Below are positions 1-9,648 of a stretch of 64,000 bases of DNA, piece by piece. Source of the DNA: an uncultured Chloroflexia bacterium (lineage in GTDB: Bacteria; Chloroflexota; Limnocylindria; Limnocylindrales; CSP1-4); the NCBI GenBank assembly GCA_963715295.1, contig CAVQRP010000007.1, forward strand, positions 37,330 through 101,329, in the 5' to 3' direction. The position numbers and the translations under genes were made by a program. Positions within the stretch are counted from its first letter, which is position 1, and each line of letters opens with the position of its first letter. The notes under the pieces are model-generated. The model was not told where the DNA came from and ran no database searches. It saw only the letters and a program-made list of their open reading frames with translations.

Positions 1-720
1 GAGAACCTGTGGCTCTTCGGCCGCCTCTACCAGCTGCCTTCGGTGGAAGCGAAGCGCCGCGCCAGCGACCTGCTGGAGCAGTTCGACCTTGTCGATGCCG
101 CTGACCGCACCATCAAGACCTACTCGGGCGGCATGCGCCGCCGCCTGGACCTCGCCAGCGCCATCATCGGCCGGCCGCGCCTGTTCATCCTGGATGAGCC
201 GACCACGGGCCTCGATCCGCGCAGCCGCCTGGGCATGTGGGAGGTCATCCGCGGCCTGGTCAAGGAAGGCACCACGCTCTTGCTCACGACCCAGTATCTC
301 GAGGAGGCGGACGAGCTGGCCGACACCATCGCCGTCGTGGACCACGGCAAGATCATCGCCGAGGGCACGGCCAGAGAGCTCAAGCGACAGATCGGCGGCG
401 AACGCATCGAGGTCCATCTCCATCGCACTGAGGACATCCCCTTCGTGGAGGCGGTGCTGGCGCGACACGGTGAGGGTGACATCACCGTCGAGGAGGCCAC
501 GCGTCACGTCAGCATCGCCGCCGGAGGTGGAGCCGAGCGCCTCTTCGGTGTCTTCCGCGAGCTGGACGAGGCCAAGATCGCCGTCGATGACATCGGCCTG
601 CGACGTCCTACGCTCGACGACGTCTTCCTCACGCTCACCGGCCACGTCGCCGAGGAGGCCAGCGACGAGGATACGGCGCACGTCATCCATGCCGAGGACA
701 TCGAGGAAGTAGCCAGATGA
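1..720 (+). CDS. ABC transporter ATP-binding protein (DrrA-like), 5' end truncated by window edge
   Basis: Open frame from base 1. Signature LSGGMRRRL, Walker B LFILDEPTTGLD, and a C-terminal DrrA-like domain. Followed by an ABC-2 permease. Confidence 0.85.
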   Translation, partial: ENLWLFGRLYQLPSVEAKRRASDLLEQFDLVDAADRTIKTYSGGMRRRLDLASAIIGRPRLFILDEPTTGLDPRSRLGMWEVIRGLVKEGTTLLLTTQYLEEADELADTIAVVDHGKIIAEGTARELKRQIGGERIEVHLHRTEDIPFVEAVLARHGEGDITVEEATRHVSIAAGGGAERLFGVFRELDEAKIAVDDIGLRRPTLDDVFLTLTGHVAEEASDEDTAHVIHAEDIEEVAR

Positions 721-778
721 GCTCGAGCGCACGCACCGCCGGGGGCGGATCCGCCAAGCCTGGGACGACGGGCTCATC

Positions 779-1537
779 GTGACGTGGCGCTACCTCAAGC
801 GCATCCCGCGTATCCCGGAGCTGGCCATCTTCGCCATCCTCCAGTCGATCATGTTCGTGCTGCTGTTCACGTTCGTGTTCGGCGGCGCCATCCCCTTGCC
901 TGGTGGGGCCATCTATGCCGAGTACCTGATGCCCGGCATCTTCGTGCAGTCGCTCACGTTCGCATCGGCGACCACTGCCATCGGCATGACCGAGGACCTC
1001 AACAAGGGCATCATCGACCGCTTCCGCTCCTTGCCCATGGCCCGCTCAGCCGTCCTCTTCGGCCGCTCGGTGTCGGACGTCGTCTACAACGGCGGCATCC
1101 TCCTGGTGCTGATGATCAGCGGACTGTTCGTGGGCTGGTCGGTCAACAACGGCATCCCAGCGTTTCTCCTGGGCGTCGCGCTCGCGCTGGCGTACGCCTT
1201 CGTGATGTCGTGGGTGGGCGTTTGGTTGGGACTGCGGCTGCCCAGCGTCGAGGTGGCCCAGCAGGTCTCCTTCATCGTGATCCTGCCGCTGACGTTCATC
1301 TCCAACGTCTTCGTGCCCATCGGGACGCTGCCCGACTGGCTGCAGCCTGTCGCCGCCTGGAACCCCGTCAGCACGCTGACCTCTTCGCTGCGCGAGCTGT
1401 GGGGCAACCCCAATCCCTTCCCTGCCAGCGGCTTGCCGGGAGAGATGCCCATCCTCGTCACGTTGGCCTGGTTCGTCGTGCTGCTGGCGGTCTTCGCTCC
1501 ACTGGGCGTGCGCCGCTACCGCTCCATCAGCCGCTAG
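779..1537 (+). CDS. ABC-2 family transporter permease (DrrB-like)
   Basis: 252 aa with six predicted TM helices and a GTG start. Lies immediately downstream of the ATPase. Confidence 0.85.
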   Translation: MTWRYLKRIPRIPELAIFAILQSIMFVLLFTFVFGGAIPLPGGAIYAEYLMPGIFVQSLTFASATTAIGMTEDLNKGIIDRFRSLPMARSAVLFGRSVSDVVYNGGILLVLMISGLFVGWSVNNGIPAFLLGVALALAYAFVMSWVGVWLGLRLPSVEVAQQVSFIVILPLTFISNVFVPIGTLPDWLQPVAAWNPVSTLTSSLRELWGNPNPFPASGLPGEMPILVTLAWFVVLLAVFAPLGVRRYRSISR

Positions 1538-2435
1538 CCGGGCGACCGGCGAGCGCCGGGGCTGGAGCGCTCACCGCGCGGGCGCTGAGGCCCAGGGCGA
1601 TGCCGACCCCCACGGTGACCGATCCGCCGATGACCACCGGCGTGAGCGTGGTCAGGCCGGGGATGATGCCGGTCAGCGCCGCGGCGATGGGCATGACACC
1701 CGCGAACAGGCCGGCGACGGCCGCGCCCAGGATGCCGACGGCGCCGTACCAGAGCGAGAAGGCGATGGCTGTCTGGACGACCGCCAGGTAGGCCAGGGCC
1801 ATGATGGCGCCGTCATGCATCGGCGGCAGCGACGCGGGACCATCGATGACGACGGCCAGCAGCGCCAGCATCAGGGCCGCGATCCAGCAAGTGTGGATGG
1901 AGACACCGACGGCGCCCAGCCGGCCCAGCACCGGCACCGCCAGCAGCGTGAACGCAGCCTCGCACAGGAGCGCCACCGTCGCCCAGCCGAAGCCCTCGAG
2001 CGTCGAGCGGCCACCACCCTGGACCAGGGCGGCACCGATGACCACGAGGAGGGCGCCGGTGACCAACGTGCGCGGGGGTCGGCGACGCAAGCGGATGGCA
2101 TCAGCCCCCAGGAGCACCAGCGGCACGGCACCGATGAGGATCGCCACGGCCGCGGGCTCCGAGTGCTCCACGGAGCGGATGACCGCGATGTTGAAGAGCA
2201 CCAGGCCGGTCGCAGCCACGCCGGCCAGCCACAGCCAATCACGTCCGTGCGGCCGTGGCAGCGGACGGCGGAGGAACAGCACAGCCGCGACGAGGATGGC
2301 TGCAGCCACGCCGTAGCGCACAGCCTGGGTGGCGAAGACGGGATAGTCGACCAGCTCGGCCGAGACGGTGACGCCGGCTCCGACAGCGAACATCGCGGCG
2401 AAGGCACCGAAGATACCGAAGCCGCGCGCATGCAT
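1527..2435 (-). CDS. EamA/DMT family transporter
   Basis: The ATG at 2435 (MHARGFGIFG...) starts a ~300-aa protein with about 10 TM helices. The longer ORF extension beyond it is antisense to padR. Divergent from the PadR gene. Confidence 0.75.
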   Translation of the reverse strand: MHARGFGIFGAFAAMFAVGAGVTVSAELVDYPVFATQAVRYGVAAAILVAAVLFLRRPLPRPHGRDWLWLAGVAATGLVLFNIAVIRSVEHSEPAAVAILIGAVPLVLLGADAIRLRRRPPRTLVTGALLVVIGAALVQGGGRSTLEGFGWATVALLCEAAFTLLAVPVLGRLGAVGVSIHTCWIAALMLALLAVVIDGPASLPPMHDGAIMALAYLAVVQTAIAFSLWYGAVGILGAAVAGLFAGVMPIAAALTGIIPGLTTLTPVVIGGSVTVGVGIALGLSARAVSAPAPALAGRPASG

Positions 2436-2489
2436 CCCACGACGGTAGCGCCTGTCGCCCTTGATGGGGCCGCCCTGTTGACAGCATGT

Positions 2490-2506
2490 ATATGCTATTA
2501 GCATAT
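2490..2506. promoter_or_regulatory. Perfect 8-1-8 inverted repeat ATATGCTA-T-TAGCATAT (candidate PadR operator), overlapping the padR start codon
   Basis: Perfect palindrome in an unusually AT-rich 45-bp island. TTGACA sits at 2478-2483. It lies between the divergent padR and DMT transporter genes. Confidence 0.4.
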
Positions 2507-2942
2507 GGAGGCTATCGACAGTGCTGCGCGGACGAGCGACAGGACCACCCCGACGGGTTTGGGCTGGAGCACGCGAGGACATCATCACGGCGCGCATCAC
2601 GGTGCACGACGAGGTCGCTGGATCGAGCCGTTCGTGTTGCTGCTGGTGGCTGAGGGACCCACGTACGGCTACAAGATCATCGGTGAGCTCAATGAGCTCG
2701 ACGTGGCGCCGGAGGGCATCGATGTCGGCATGGTCTATCGCACGCTCAGGAGCATGGATGCCGAGGGCCTCGTGGCGACGGAATGGGGCCCGCAGAGCGA
2801 CCAGCCCCGGCGGGAGTACCGCATCACCGACGAGGGGGCGTGCGCCCTCGCGGACTGGCTGGACGTCATGAGTGAACGAAAGCGCCTGATCGAGCACTTC
2901 CTCGATCGCGGCAAGGACATCACAAGACGACAGGGGGAATGA
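2505..2942 (+). CDS. PadR family transcriptional regulator
   Basis: Winged HTH: WIEPFVLLLVAEGPTYGYKI...VYRTLRSMDAEGLV...REYRITDEG. His-rich N-terminal extension. Confidence 0.85.
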   Translation: MEAIDSAARTSDRTTPTGLGWSTRGHHHGAHHGARRGRWIEPFVLLLVAEGPTYGYKIIGELNELDVAPEGIDVGMVYRTLRSMDAEGLVATEWGPQSDQPRREYRITDEGACALADWLDVMSERKRLIEHFLDRGKDITRRQGE

Positions 2943-2943
2943 C

Positions 2944-3276
2944 ATGAGCTGCTATCACCGCTACTACCCGCACGGCTGCGAGCCGCTACCTGCGCCACTC
3001 GAGTGGTACGACGCCTACGGCTATCGCCCGCGGCGGTACCGCGACGATCCCATCGAGATCCGCGGCGAAGACCTCGAGGACGAGGACGAGTGGCCGCGGC
3101 GCCGGCGTGGATCAGGTCGTGGACGCCGGGGCATGACCGGTGACCCGTCCGGCCAGGAGGAGGTGACTGCAGCGTCCCTGCAGGCACAGGCGGCGGCGCT
3201 ACGGGAGCAGCTCACCAGGATCGAGGAGGATCTGAAGAAGCTTGCCGCGGCGCCGGCTGTCGAAACGGCACCCTGA
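2944..3276 (+). CDS. Small PadR-associated protein, DUF5320-like (Gly/Arg-rich, C-terminal coiled coil)
   Basis: Start overlaps the padR stop (ATGA). Cys/His/Tyr-rich N-terminus, RRRRGSGRGRRG motif and a coiled-coil LREQLTRIEEDLKKL tail. Confidence 0.5.
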   Translation: MSCYHRYYPHGCEPLPAPLEWYDAYGYRPRRYRDDPIEIRGEDLEDEDEWPRRRRGSGRGRRGMTGDPSGQEEVTAASLQAQAAALREQLTRIEEDLKKLAAAPAVETAP

Positions 3277-3296
3277 GCGACCACGACCACCCCGCG

Positions 3297-3328
3297 GAAG
3301 ACCCCCGGAGCATCCCCCGGGGGTCTTC
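3297..3328 (+). terminator. Intrinsic terminator hairpin (12-bp GC stem) between convergent genes
   Basis: GAAGACCCCCGG-agcatccc-CCGGGGGTCTTC followed by TCCTGTGTC. Confidence 0.55.
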
Positions 3329-3416
3329 TCCTGTGTCAGCCGGAGGGGCGAAGCGGCGAGGCGCCAGGTTGGCGGAGCTGGGTCCCGAAGGCGCGGCAGC
3401 GACCTGCGAACGCTGA

Positions 3417-4718
3417 CTACGAGCGGGCGGGAGCGGCCGAGTGGGTGCCGCCGCTGCCGTGGCGCAAACGCTGCCAGGCAAACCAGCCGGGGCCAGCCGT
3501 GACCCACAGCAGCGCCAACATGACGATGGCTGACGTGATGCACCACATGCAGGTAGCCCCGATGACGAAGGGCTCCAGGAAGGTCAGGTAGGCCGAGAAG
3601 AGCGTGCCCCCGAAGGCACCTGCTGCCATCAGCACCAGCGCCCAGTCGGCGGCGCTGCCTTTGGCCACGCGCGACACGACCCAGAGTCCGCCGATGAGGA
3701 CATAGCCGAAGACACCGAGCACCCCGATGGGGATGCCGAACAACTGCGCGTACTCGCTCTGCTGGACCGCATTGCAGTCACCCACCGGCCCGCAGACTGC
3801 GCGACTGCCGCTGCTCTCGATGGTGGCGAGGTAGGCCGCTACGCCCATCCCGATGACGACCAACAGCATGACCAGCCAGGACGGGAACGCAGGTAGCGAT
3901 GCGCGCGATGCGAGGACGGGTGCAGCGATGAGCGTCGCCAGGAGAACCAGCAGCACCAGGATTGAGATGCCGTTGCCGACCGGATCACGGCCGATGCGAT
4001 CGAGCGGCGAATCGTCGCTGGCGACGGGCAGAACGGTCGCGTCGCTCTCGTCGTCGCCGCTACCGGGCTCGGCGGCGGCCACGCTGCCGTCCAGCAGGAA
4101 CGGGGCGAGAGCGACATCGAGACCCGGCGCGGGTGGCCACGCGACGCCCTCCCCCGCCAGGCCGGCCTCGACGATGCCGGGCAGGTTGTCAGGGATCTCG
4201 CCCGAGCCGAGGTACCACTCATCTGCGATGTGCAGCAGCGGCACGCCGGGGGCCTCATCGAACCCCAGCGCCTCCGAATCCGCGATGTACATGGCCTGGC
4301 CATCAGGGTGGCTGATGTCGACCATCAACAGCTGGATACGTCCGTTGCTGATCAGGTAGAAGGCCGGTTCTTCGGGCAGCAAGGACTCGTCGAAGTTGAC
4401 GACCCACTCGCCGCCGTTGGCAGCGAAGATGCCCGGCAGCACCTCGGTGATGACGCGGTGGCAGTGGCCGCAGGTGGGCGAGAAGTAGAAGACGCCCTGC
4501 ACGACCGGGCCGCCATCGGCAGGGATGGCGGTGGGCAGCGGCGAGGATGTCACGGCCGGCGCCGTTCCCGCCGGCACCGACCCCGCAGGCACCGCTGCGA
4601 GCGAGGCAGCTGGCTCCGCCGATGGCACGGTCGATGCCTCGTCCTGGGCCAGGGCGGGCGCCGCCAGCAGCGCGAACAGGGCAAGCACGGTCAGCAGGAG
4701 AGTCGTGGTTCGTCGCAT
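3417..4718 (-). CDS. Thioredoxin-like/VKOR fusion protein (disulfide bond formation)
   Basis: Signal peptide; Trx motif SPTCGHCH; C-terminal five-TM VKOR domain with CGPVGDC and CMWC cysteine pairs. Confidence 0.85.
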   Translation of the reverse strand: MRRTTTLLLTVLALFALLAAPALAQDEASTVPSAEPAASLAAVPAGSVPAGTAPAVTSSPLPTAIPADGGPVVQGVFYFSPTCGHCHRVITEVLPGIFAANGGEWVVNFDESLLPEEPAFYLISNGRIQLLMVDISHPDGQAMYIADSEALGFDEAPGVPLLHIADEWYLGSGEIPDNLPGIVEAGLAGEGVAWPPAPGLDVALAPFLLDGSVAAAEPGSGDDESDATVLPVASDDSPLDRIGRDPVGNGISILVLLVLLATLIAAPVLASRASLPAFPSWLVMLLVVIGMGVAAYLATIESSGSRAVCGPVGDCNAVQQSEYAQLFGIPIGVLGVFGYVLIGGLWVVSRVAKGSAADWALVLMAAGAFGGTLFSAYLTFLEPFVIGATCMWCITSAIVMLALLWVTAGPGWFAWQRLRHGSGGTHSAAPARS

Positions 4719-5003
4719 CGTGCCCTAGAGAGTACGTCCCACATCCCCGCTCGGCGATGAGCCACCTGTCGCGATTCCGGACGCCAGCCGGACCTATACG
4801 GCACCTCGCGCCCGGGCACGCAGGGTACCGCCACGAGCAGCGTCGTGATGCAGCAGCAACTTCCGGCGCGACTCGCGGTCGTCGATCGCTCGCGTGTATC
4901 CACTCGCCCACCCGCACGCGGCCAGACGCGCGACAAATGGAAGAAGGCGCGACAAATGGAAAACCCCGGGGGCGGGACCCGGGGTCTTCACGTCAGGAGT
5001 CGT

Positions 5004-5078
5004 TGGTTGCGAGGGACGGATTCGAACCGCCGACCTTCGGGTTATGAGCCCGATGAGCTACCACTGCTCCACCTCGCC
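5004..5078 (-). tRNA. tRNA-Met (CAU), initiator-like
   Basis: 75-nt cloverleaf with anticodon loop CUCAUAA. Three G:C pairs close the anticodon stem, there is a 1:72 G-A mismatch, and CCA is encoded. About 85% identical to E. coli tRNA-fMet. Confidence 0.85.
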
Positions 5079-5293
5079 GAAGCACTATAGCAAAGACCGC
5101 AAGACTTGGCCACTGTCTGTCCGCCACGCCGGGCGGATCGGGAGGGTGCCCGGGCTCGAGCCATGCTTACGCGGCCCTTACACCGTCATCGGCTGTGACA
5201 TACCAGGGAAGGCCATCGTCATCCTCGCCGGACCACTCGGACGGCTGGCGCCCCTCCAGGCGCGCCGACCCCAGACACGAGGTCAACCATACG

Positions 5294-5911
5294 ATGAAGA
5301 ACAACAGGATCCGCCTCGCCGCCATCAGCGGCGCCACACTCGCCCTCGCCGTCGCCGGCACTGCCGGCGTGGCGGCCCACGGCCCGCGCGACGACGACCG
5401 CGGCTTCGGACCCGGCATGGGCGGCCGGATCGAGCGCGGCATGGCCGACATGGGCTTCATGGGTGGCCCGATGCGCGGCCAGATGGGGGCCGCGTTCAAC
5501 GACTTCGAGCGCCGCGAGGTCACGCTCCAGACTGCCACTGGCACCACTGTCCAGCGCGTGGAGAATGGCGTGGTCGACGTCGCGACCGACTCCAGCCTGG
5601 AGTTCTCATTGGGCAGCGGCGAGGTCGTCAGCGTCACGCTTGCCGATGACACCGAGATCGTGGCCTTCAGCGAAGAGACGGTGGAGCGCGGCGGCTGGAG
5701 CCGCCAGCGCATGGTCCCGACCGAGGTTGCGGCCGCCGACATCGCGGCGGGTGCGCAGGTCGTCGTCTGGTCCGCGTCCGAGGACGGCAGCGACTTCGTC
5801 GCCGAGCGCATCGTGATCCAGCCGATGACCGACACCGCGACCGATGATGCCGCACCCGCCGAGGAGCAGGCCACCGACGATTCCGGAGCGACATCGACCA
5901 CCGACGCCTAG
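5294..5911 (+). CDS. Secreted hypothetical protein
   Basis: Signal peptide MKNNRIRLAAISGATLALAVAGTAGVAA and an acidic C-terminus. High GC3. Confidence 0.6.
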   Translation: MKNNRIRLAAISGATLALAVAGTAGVAAHGPRDDDRGFGPGMGGRIERGMADMGFMGGPMRGQMGAAFNDFERREVTLQTATGTTVQRVENGVVDVATDSSLEFSLGSGEVVSVTLADDTEIVAFSEETVERGGWSRQRMVPTEVAAADIAAGAQVVVWSASEDGSDFVAERIVIQPMTDTATDDAAPAEEQATDDSGATSTTDA

Positions 5912-5935
5912 CCGAACACCCCTCCCCCTCACCAC

Positions 5936-5965
5936 GCGACCGCCGGGCCCCTTCCCGGCGGTCGC
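5936..5965. terminator. Bidirectional terminator hairpin (12-bp perfect GC stem)
   Basis: GCGACCGCCGGG-cccctt-CCCGGCGGTCGC between the convergent gene ends 5911 and 5970. Confidence 0.5.
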
Positions 5966-5969
5966 GCCC

Positions 5970-7949
5970 TCATGTCTGGCGCGACCGGGTGAGACCCTTC
6001 ACCTCCAATGGTGCGAAGCCATCGGCCAGCTCGAAGCCGAAGACCTGCGCGTAGAACGACAGCTCGGCTCCCAGCGCGCGTTGCTGGTTGGCCGCCTGGC
6101 GGAAGCCGTGGCCCTCGCCCTCGAAGAGGATGTAGGCGTGCGGCAGACCGTTCTTCTCCAGCGCCGCCACGATGCCCTCGGCCTGGGACGGCGGCACGAT
6201 CCTGTCGTCGGCGCCCTGCATCACCAGGACCGGGCAGGAGATCCGGTCGGCATGGTTGTTGGGGGAACGCTGACGATAGCGTTCTGCCTCCTCCGGGTAC
6301 GGTCCCAGGAGATAGCGGTCGTACTGCGACTCGAATTTGTGGGTCACCGCGGCGAATCCCTCCAGGTCACCCAGGCCATAGAACGACGTCCCGGCGGCGA
6401 AGACGTCCTTGAAGCACAACGTCGCCAGGGTGGTATAGCCGCCGGCGCTGCCGCCGCGGATGGCCATGCGCTTCTCGTCGGCCAGGCCACGCTCGGCCAG
6501 CCATGTGGCGACCGCGGAGCAGTCGTCTACGTCGACGATGCCCCAGTTCTCACGCAGCTGATCACGGAAGGCACGGCCGTAGCCGGTGGAGCCCCCGTAG
6601 TCGACGTCGACCACCGCGAAGCCACGGCTCGTGAAGGCCTGCTTCTCGAGGCTTAGCGACGTCCGGGCCTTGCTGGTGGGACCGCCGTGCGACATCACGA
6701 CCAGGGGTGGTCGCTCCCCGTCGGGCGCTGCCACGTCGCGGTTGGCCGGCGGGTAGTACCAGGCATAGGCGGTGCGATCACCCGACGTCGGGAACTCGAT
6801 GAGCTGCGGCGACGACAGGTAGGCAGCATCGACCTCGAGCTGACTGGCCTCGCGCAGGCGCGCCTCCTCGCCACTCCCAAGGTCGATGCGAACCAGCGCG
6901 GTGTGCCGCGTGGGGCTGCCGGCGATGGCAGTCAGCACCCCGTCACGCACGCGCAGGTAGGCCAGACCGGACTCGGCGAACTCGATCGCCCGTGGCGCCT
7001 GGCCGTCCGAAAGTGACACCAGGCTGGCGCCACCCGGGCCCGCTGGCGAAGGCGAGGATGCTGCCATCGCGGTCGATGTCGTAGTCGGACAGGCCGAAGA
7101 CCCACTGCGGACCGCCGATCTCCGCCTCCATCGGCGCCAGCGGCGGTGGCCTCCGAGGCGCCCTCACGCCAGCGATACAGGTTCCACCAGTCGCTGCGGT
7201 CGGAGACTGAAGAGCAGCGAGCCATCCGGAGCCCACGCGGCTGCAGGATCGACTCTTCAGCGCCGCCGGCGACGTGCGAGCGGCAGCGGCCAATGAGCCG
7301 TCGGCTGCGATCGTGGCGACCCATAGGTCCGTGCCATCCCAGGGCATGCGCGGGAAGTCCCACGTCAGCCAGGCCAGACGTGGAGCCGTCGGCGCTCAGG
7401 ACGGGGTCGGAGTAGAAGTCGTGGCCGCCGGCGAGCTCCACCAGCCCACGGCCGTCAACGGAGACCGCGACGAGCAGGTTGCGCGCCTTGAGTGGCCGAT
7501 CCGTGCTGGTCCTCGACCACCGCGATGACGCGCTCCGCGGGCGGCGTCGATGACCATGTCGGCGAAGCGCAGTGCCGGGTCGGTGACCAGCTCCTCGATG
7601 GCGGCGTCCGGCACTGCGCTTGAGCAGGAGCCGGTTGTCCTCGAACTCGGAGAAGACGATCACGCCATCGCGCACGGTGTAGGCGCCACCGCCGTACTCG
7701 TGGACGCGGGTGCGCACGTTGAGTCCGGGCGCCATGTCGGTGAACGTGCCGTCGGGCGTACGCCGCAGCAGCACGACGCGGCCGGACTCCTCGGGTCGCG
7801 ACTCGAGAAGGTAGATGTCGGCGCCATCGGGCCGTGGCTCGGACAGACCGCGCGCGGAGCCGACGGCCATGTCGACGCTGATCGGAGACGGCCAGGAGCC
7901 GTAGGGAAGTGTCTGCGAATGGCTCCATCGGGCGATGGTACGGCGCCAA
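5970..7949 (-). pseudogene. S9 family peptidase (acylaminoacyl-peptidase / prolyl oligopeptidase), interrupted by several frameshifts
   Basis: The C-terminal hydrolase domain is intact (5970..7067, GGSAGGY, catalytic Ser/Asp/His region). The N-terminal beta-propeller (LPYGSWPSPIS...) is spread over three frames. The N-terminal boundary is approximate. Confidence 0.7.
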
Positions 7950-7969
7950 GGCGCGATACTTGTGGCCGC

Positions 7970-8488
7970 ATGACCGACGTCGTCATCGCACCGGAGCCCG
8001 CGGACAGCCCCGACGTGCGCTGGTGCTTCGGCCAGTACTACGCCGAGCTGGGTCGACGCTTCGGCTACGCCGTCGAGGAGGCCCTGCCGCTGGGGCTCGA
8101 CGAGCTGACGCCGCCGCACGGGCTCGTGCTCATCGCCCGCGAGGCCGGGACGCAGGCCGTCGGCTGCGGCGCCGTGAAGCTCCAGCTGCAGACATCGCCG
8201 AGATCAAGCGCATGTGGGTCGCGCCACGGGTGCGCGGACGCGGTCTCGGCGGCCAGCTGCTGGAGGCCCTCGAGGCCAGCGGTCTGTCAGGCCGGCAAGT
8301 CCGTGGCACGCTTCGAGACGAACGAGGGGCTGGAAGTCGCACTGGCCATGTATCGCGCCCGCGGTTACCGCGACATCGAGCCCTTCAACGACGAGCCCTT
8401 CGCCACCCACTGGCTGGAGAAGGACCTGCTGGCGCGACCGCGCCAGCCTGATGCCAGCCGCGGGTCGAGTTGCCCGGGCAGCCGATGA
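7970..8488 (+). pseudogene. GNAT family N-acetyltransferase, two frameshifts
   Basis: MTDVVIAPEPADSPDVRWCF... in frame A, motif A IKRMWVAPRVRGRGLGGQLLEAL in frame B, then back to A (FETNEGLEVALAMYRARGY). Confidence 0.65.
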
Positions 8489-9633
8489 AGCGCCTGGCCC
8501 GACTGACGCTCTTCGCCGTCGCCGTCCTGGCGGTCCTGCTGGGGGGTGCGTGGGTCCTGCGTGAGCCGCTGCTGGGCCTGGCCGGCATCAGCTTCGACAG
8601 CGGCACACCGGGAGAGACCGTGCTCAGGCTGCGCGACGGTTTCGAGGCGGACGTGTATGCGTCGGGCCTGGACCGGCCCCGCTTCATGGCCGTGGGGCCC
8701 GATGGCACCCTCTTCGTGGCGGAACAGGGCGAGGATCGCGTGCTGGCGCTGCCTGATGGCGATGGCAACGGCGCGGCCGACGAGACGATCGTGGTGGGCA
8801 CCGGATACGACCAGGCACACTCGCTGGCCTTCACCGACGACGGCTCGCTGCTGGTGGCCGGCAGCGGCACGCTCTTCCGGGTGACGCTTGACGAGAAGCT
8901 GCACGAGGTCGGGCGGGAACCGCTCCTGACCTATCCGCGTGGCGGCCAACACTCGACACGCACGATCGTGGTGGCGCCAGATGGCTCGCTGCTGGTGAGC
9001 GTGGGCTCCAGCTGCAACGTCTGTTGGGAGCAGGACGAGGAGCGTGCCGCCATCATCAGCGCACCCGCCGAGGGCGGGACCACGCGCGTGCTCATGCGGG
9101 GCCTGCGCAACGCGGTCGGCGTCGCCGTCGATCCCGCCACCGGCGAGCTCTGGGCCACCAACCACGGTCGGGACCTGATGGGCGACGACCTGCCGCCAGA
9201 GACTGTCTATCGCGTGGTCACCGGCGCCGATGCCGGCTGGCCACGCTGCCACGCCGCGATCATCGTCGACCCCGACTTCGGGACTGAGCCTGATCCGTCG
9301 ACCGGTCTCAGCGGCTGCGAGGGCGTGGCAGAGCCCGCGCTCACCTACCAGGCGCATGCCGCGCCGCTGGGGATCGACTTCTGGCGCGATCACGCCGTCA
9401 TCGCCTTCCATGGTTCGTGGAACCGTTCGGAGAAGGTGGGCTACGAGGTGGTGTGGGTGCCCTGGGACGACGGACCTACCGGCCCGCCGGAGGTGCTGGT
9501 GGGCGGTTTCCTCGACCGCGACAGCGGCGATGCCAGCGGACGCCCGGCTGGCATCATCGTCGGTGCAGATGGTGCGCTCTACATCTCCGACGACAAGGGC
9601 GGCTTCATCTACCGCGTCGACGCCCGGACCTGA
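8485..9633 (+). CDS. PQQ-dependent sugar dehydrogenase (soluble glucose/sorbosone dehydrogenase family beta-propeller)
   Basis: Signal/TM anchor, then GSDH-like motifs (GLDRPRFMAVGPDGTLFVAEQ, GLRNAVGVAVDPATGELWATNHGRD, LYISDD). Confidence 0.8.
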   Translation: MKRLARLTLFAVAVLAVLLGGAWVLREPLLGLAGISFDSGTPGETVLRLRDGFEADVYASGLDRPRFMAVGPDGTLFVAEQGEDRVLALPDGDGNGAADETIVVGTGYDQAHSLAFTDDGSLLVAGSGTLFRVTLDEKLHEVGREPLLTYPRGGQHSTRTIVVAPDGSLLVSVGSSCNVCWEQDEERAAIISAPAEGGTTRVLMRGLRNAVGVAVDPATGELWATNHGRDLMGDDLPPETVYRVVTGADAGWPRCHAAIIVDPDFGTEPDPSTGLSGCEGVAEPALTYQAHAAPLGIDFWRDHAVIAFHGSWNRSEKVGYEVVWVPWDDGPTGPPEVLVGGFLDRDSGDASGRPAGIIVGADGALYISDDKGGFIYRVDART

Positions 9634-9648
9634 CCGACGGTGCGGGTC

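Noticed and set aside
784-1791. 335-aa alternative-frame ORF over the ABC-2 permease
   Set aside because: Out-of-frame overlap with the permease ORF. Arg/His/Pro-rich translation without TM helices.
2436-2945. 5' extension of the 472-aa minus-strand ORF 1527..2945
   Set aside because: Beyond the ATG at 2435 the ORF is exactly antisense to the well-supported padR gene. Its residues are low-complexity (R/A/P-rich) with no TM pattern. The transporter is taken to start at 2435.
8365-9411. 348-aa minus-strand ORF
   Set aside because: Fully antisense to the PQQ-dependent sugar dehydrogenase, which has clear family motifs.
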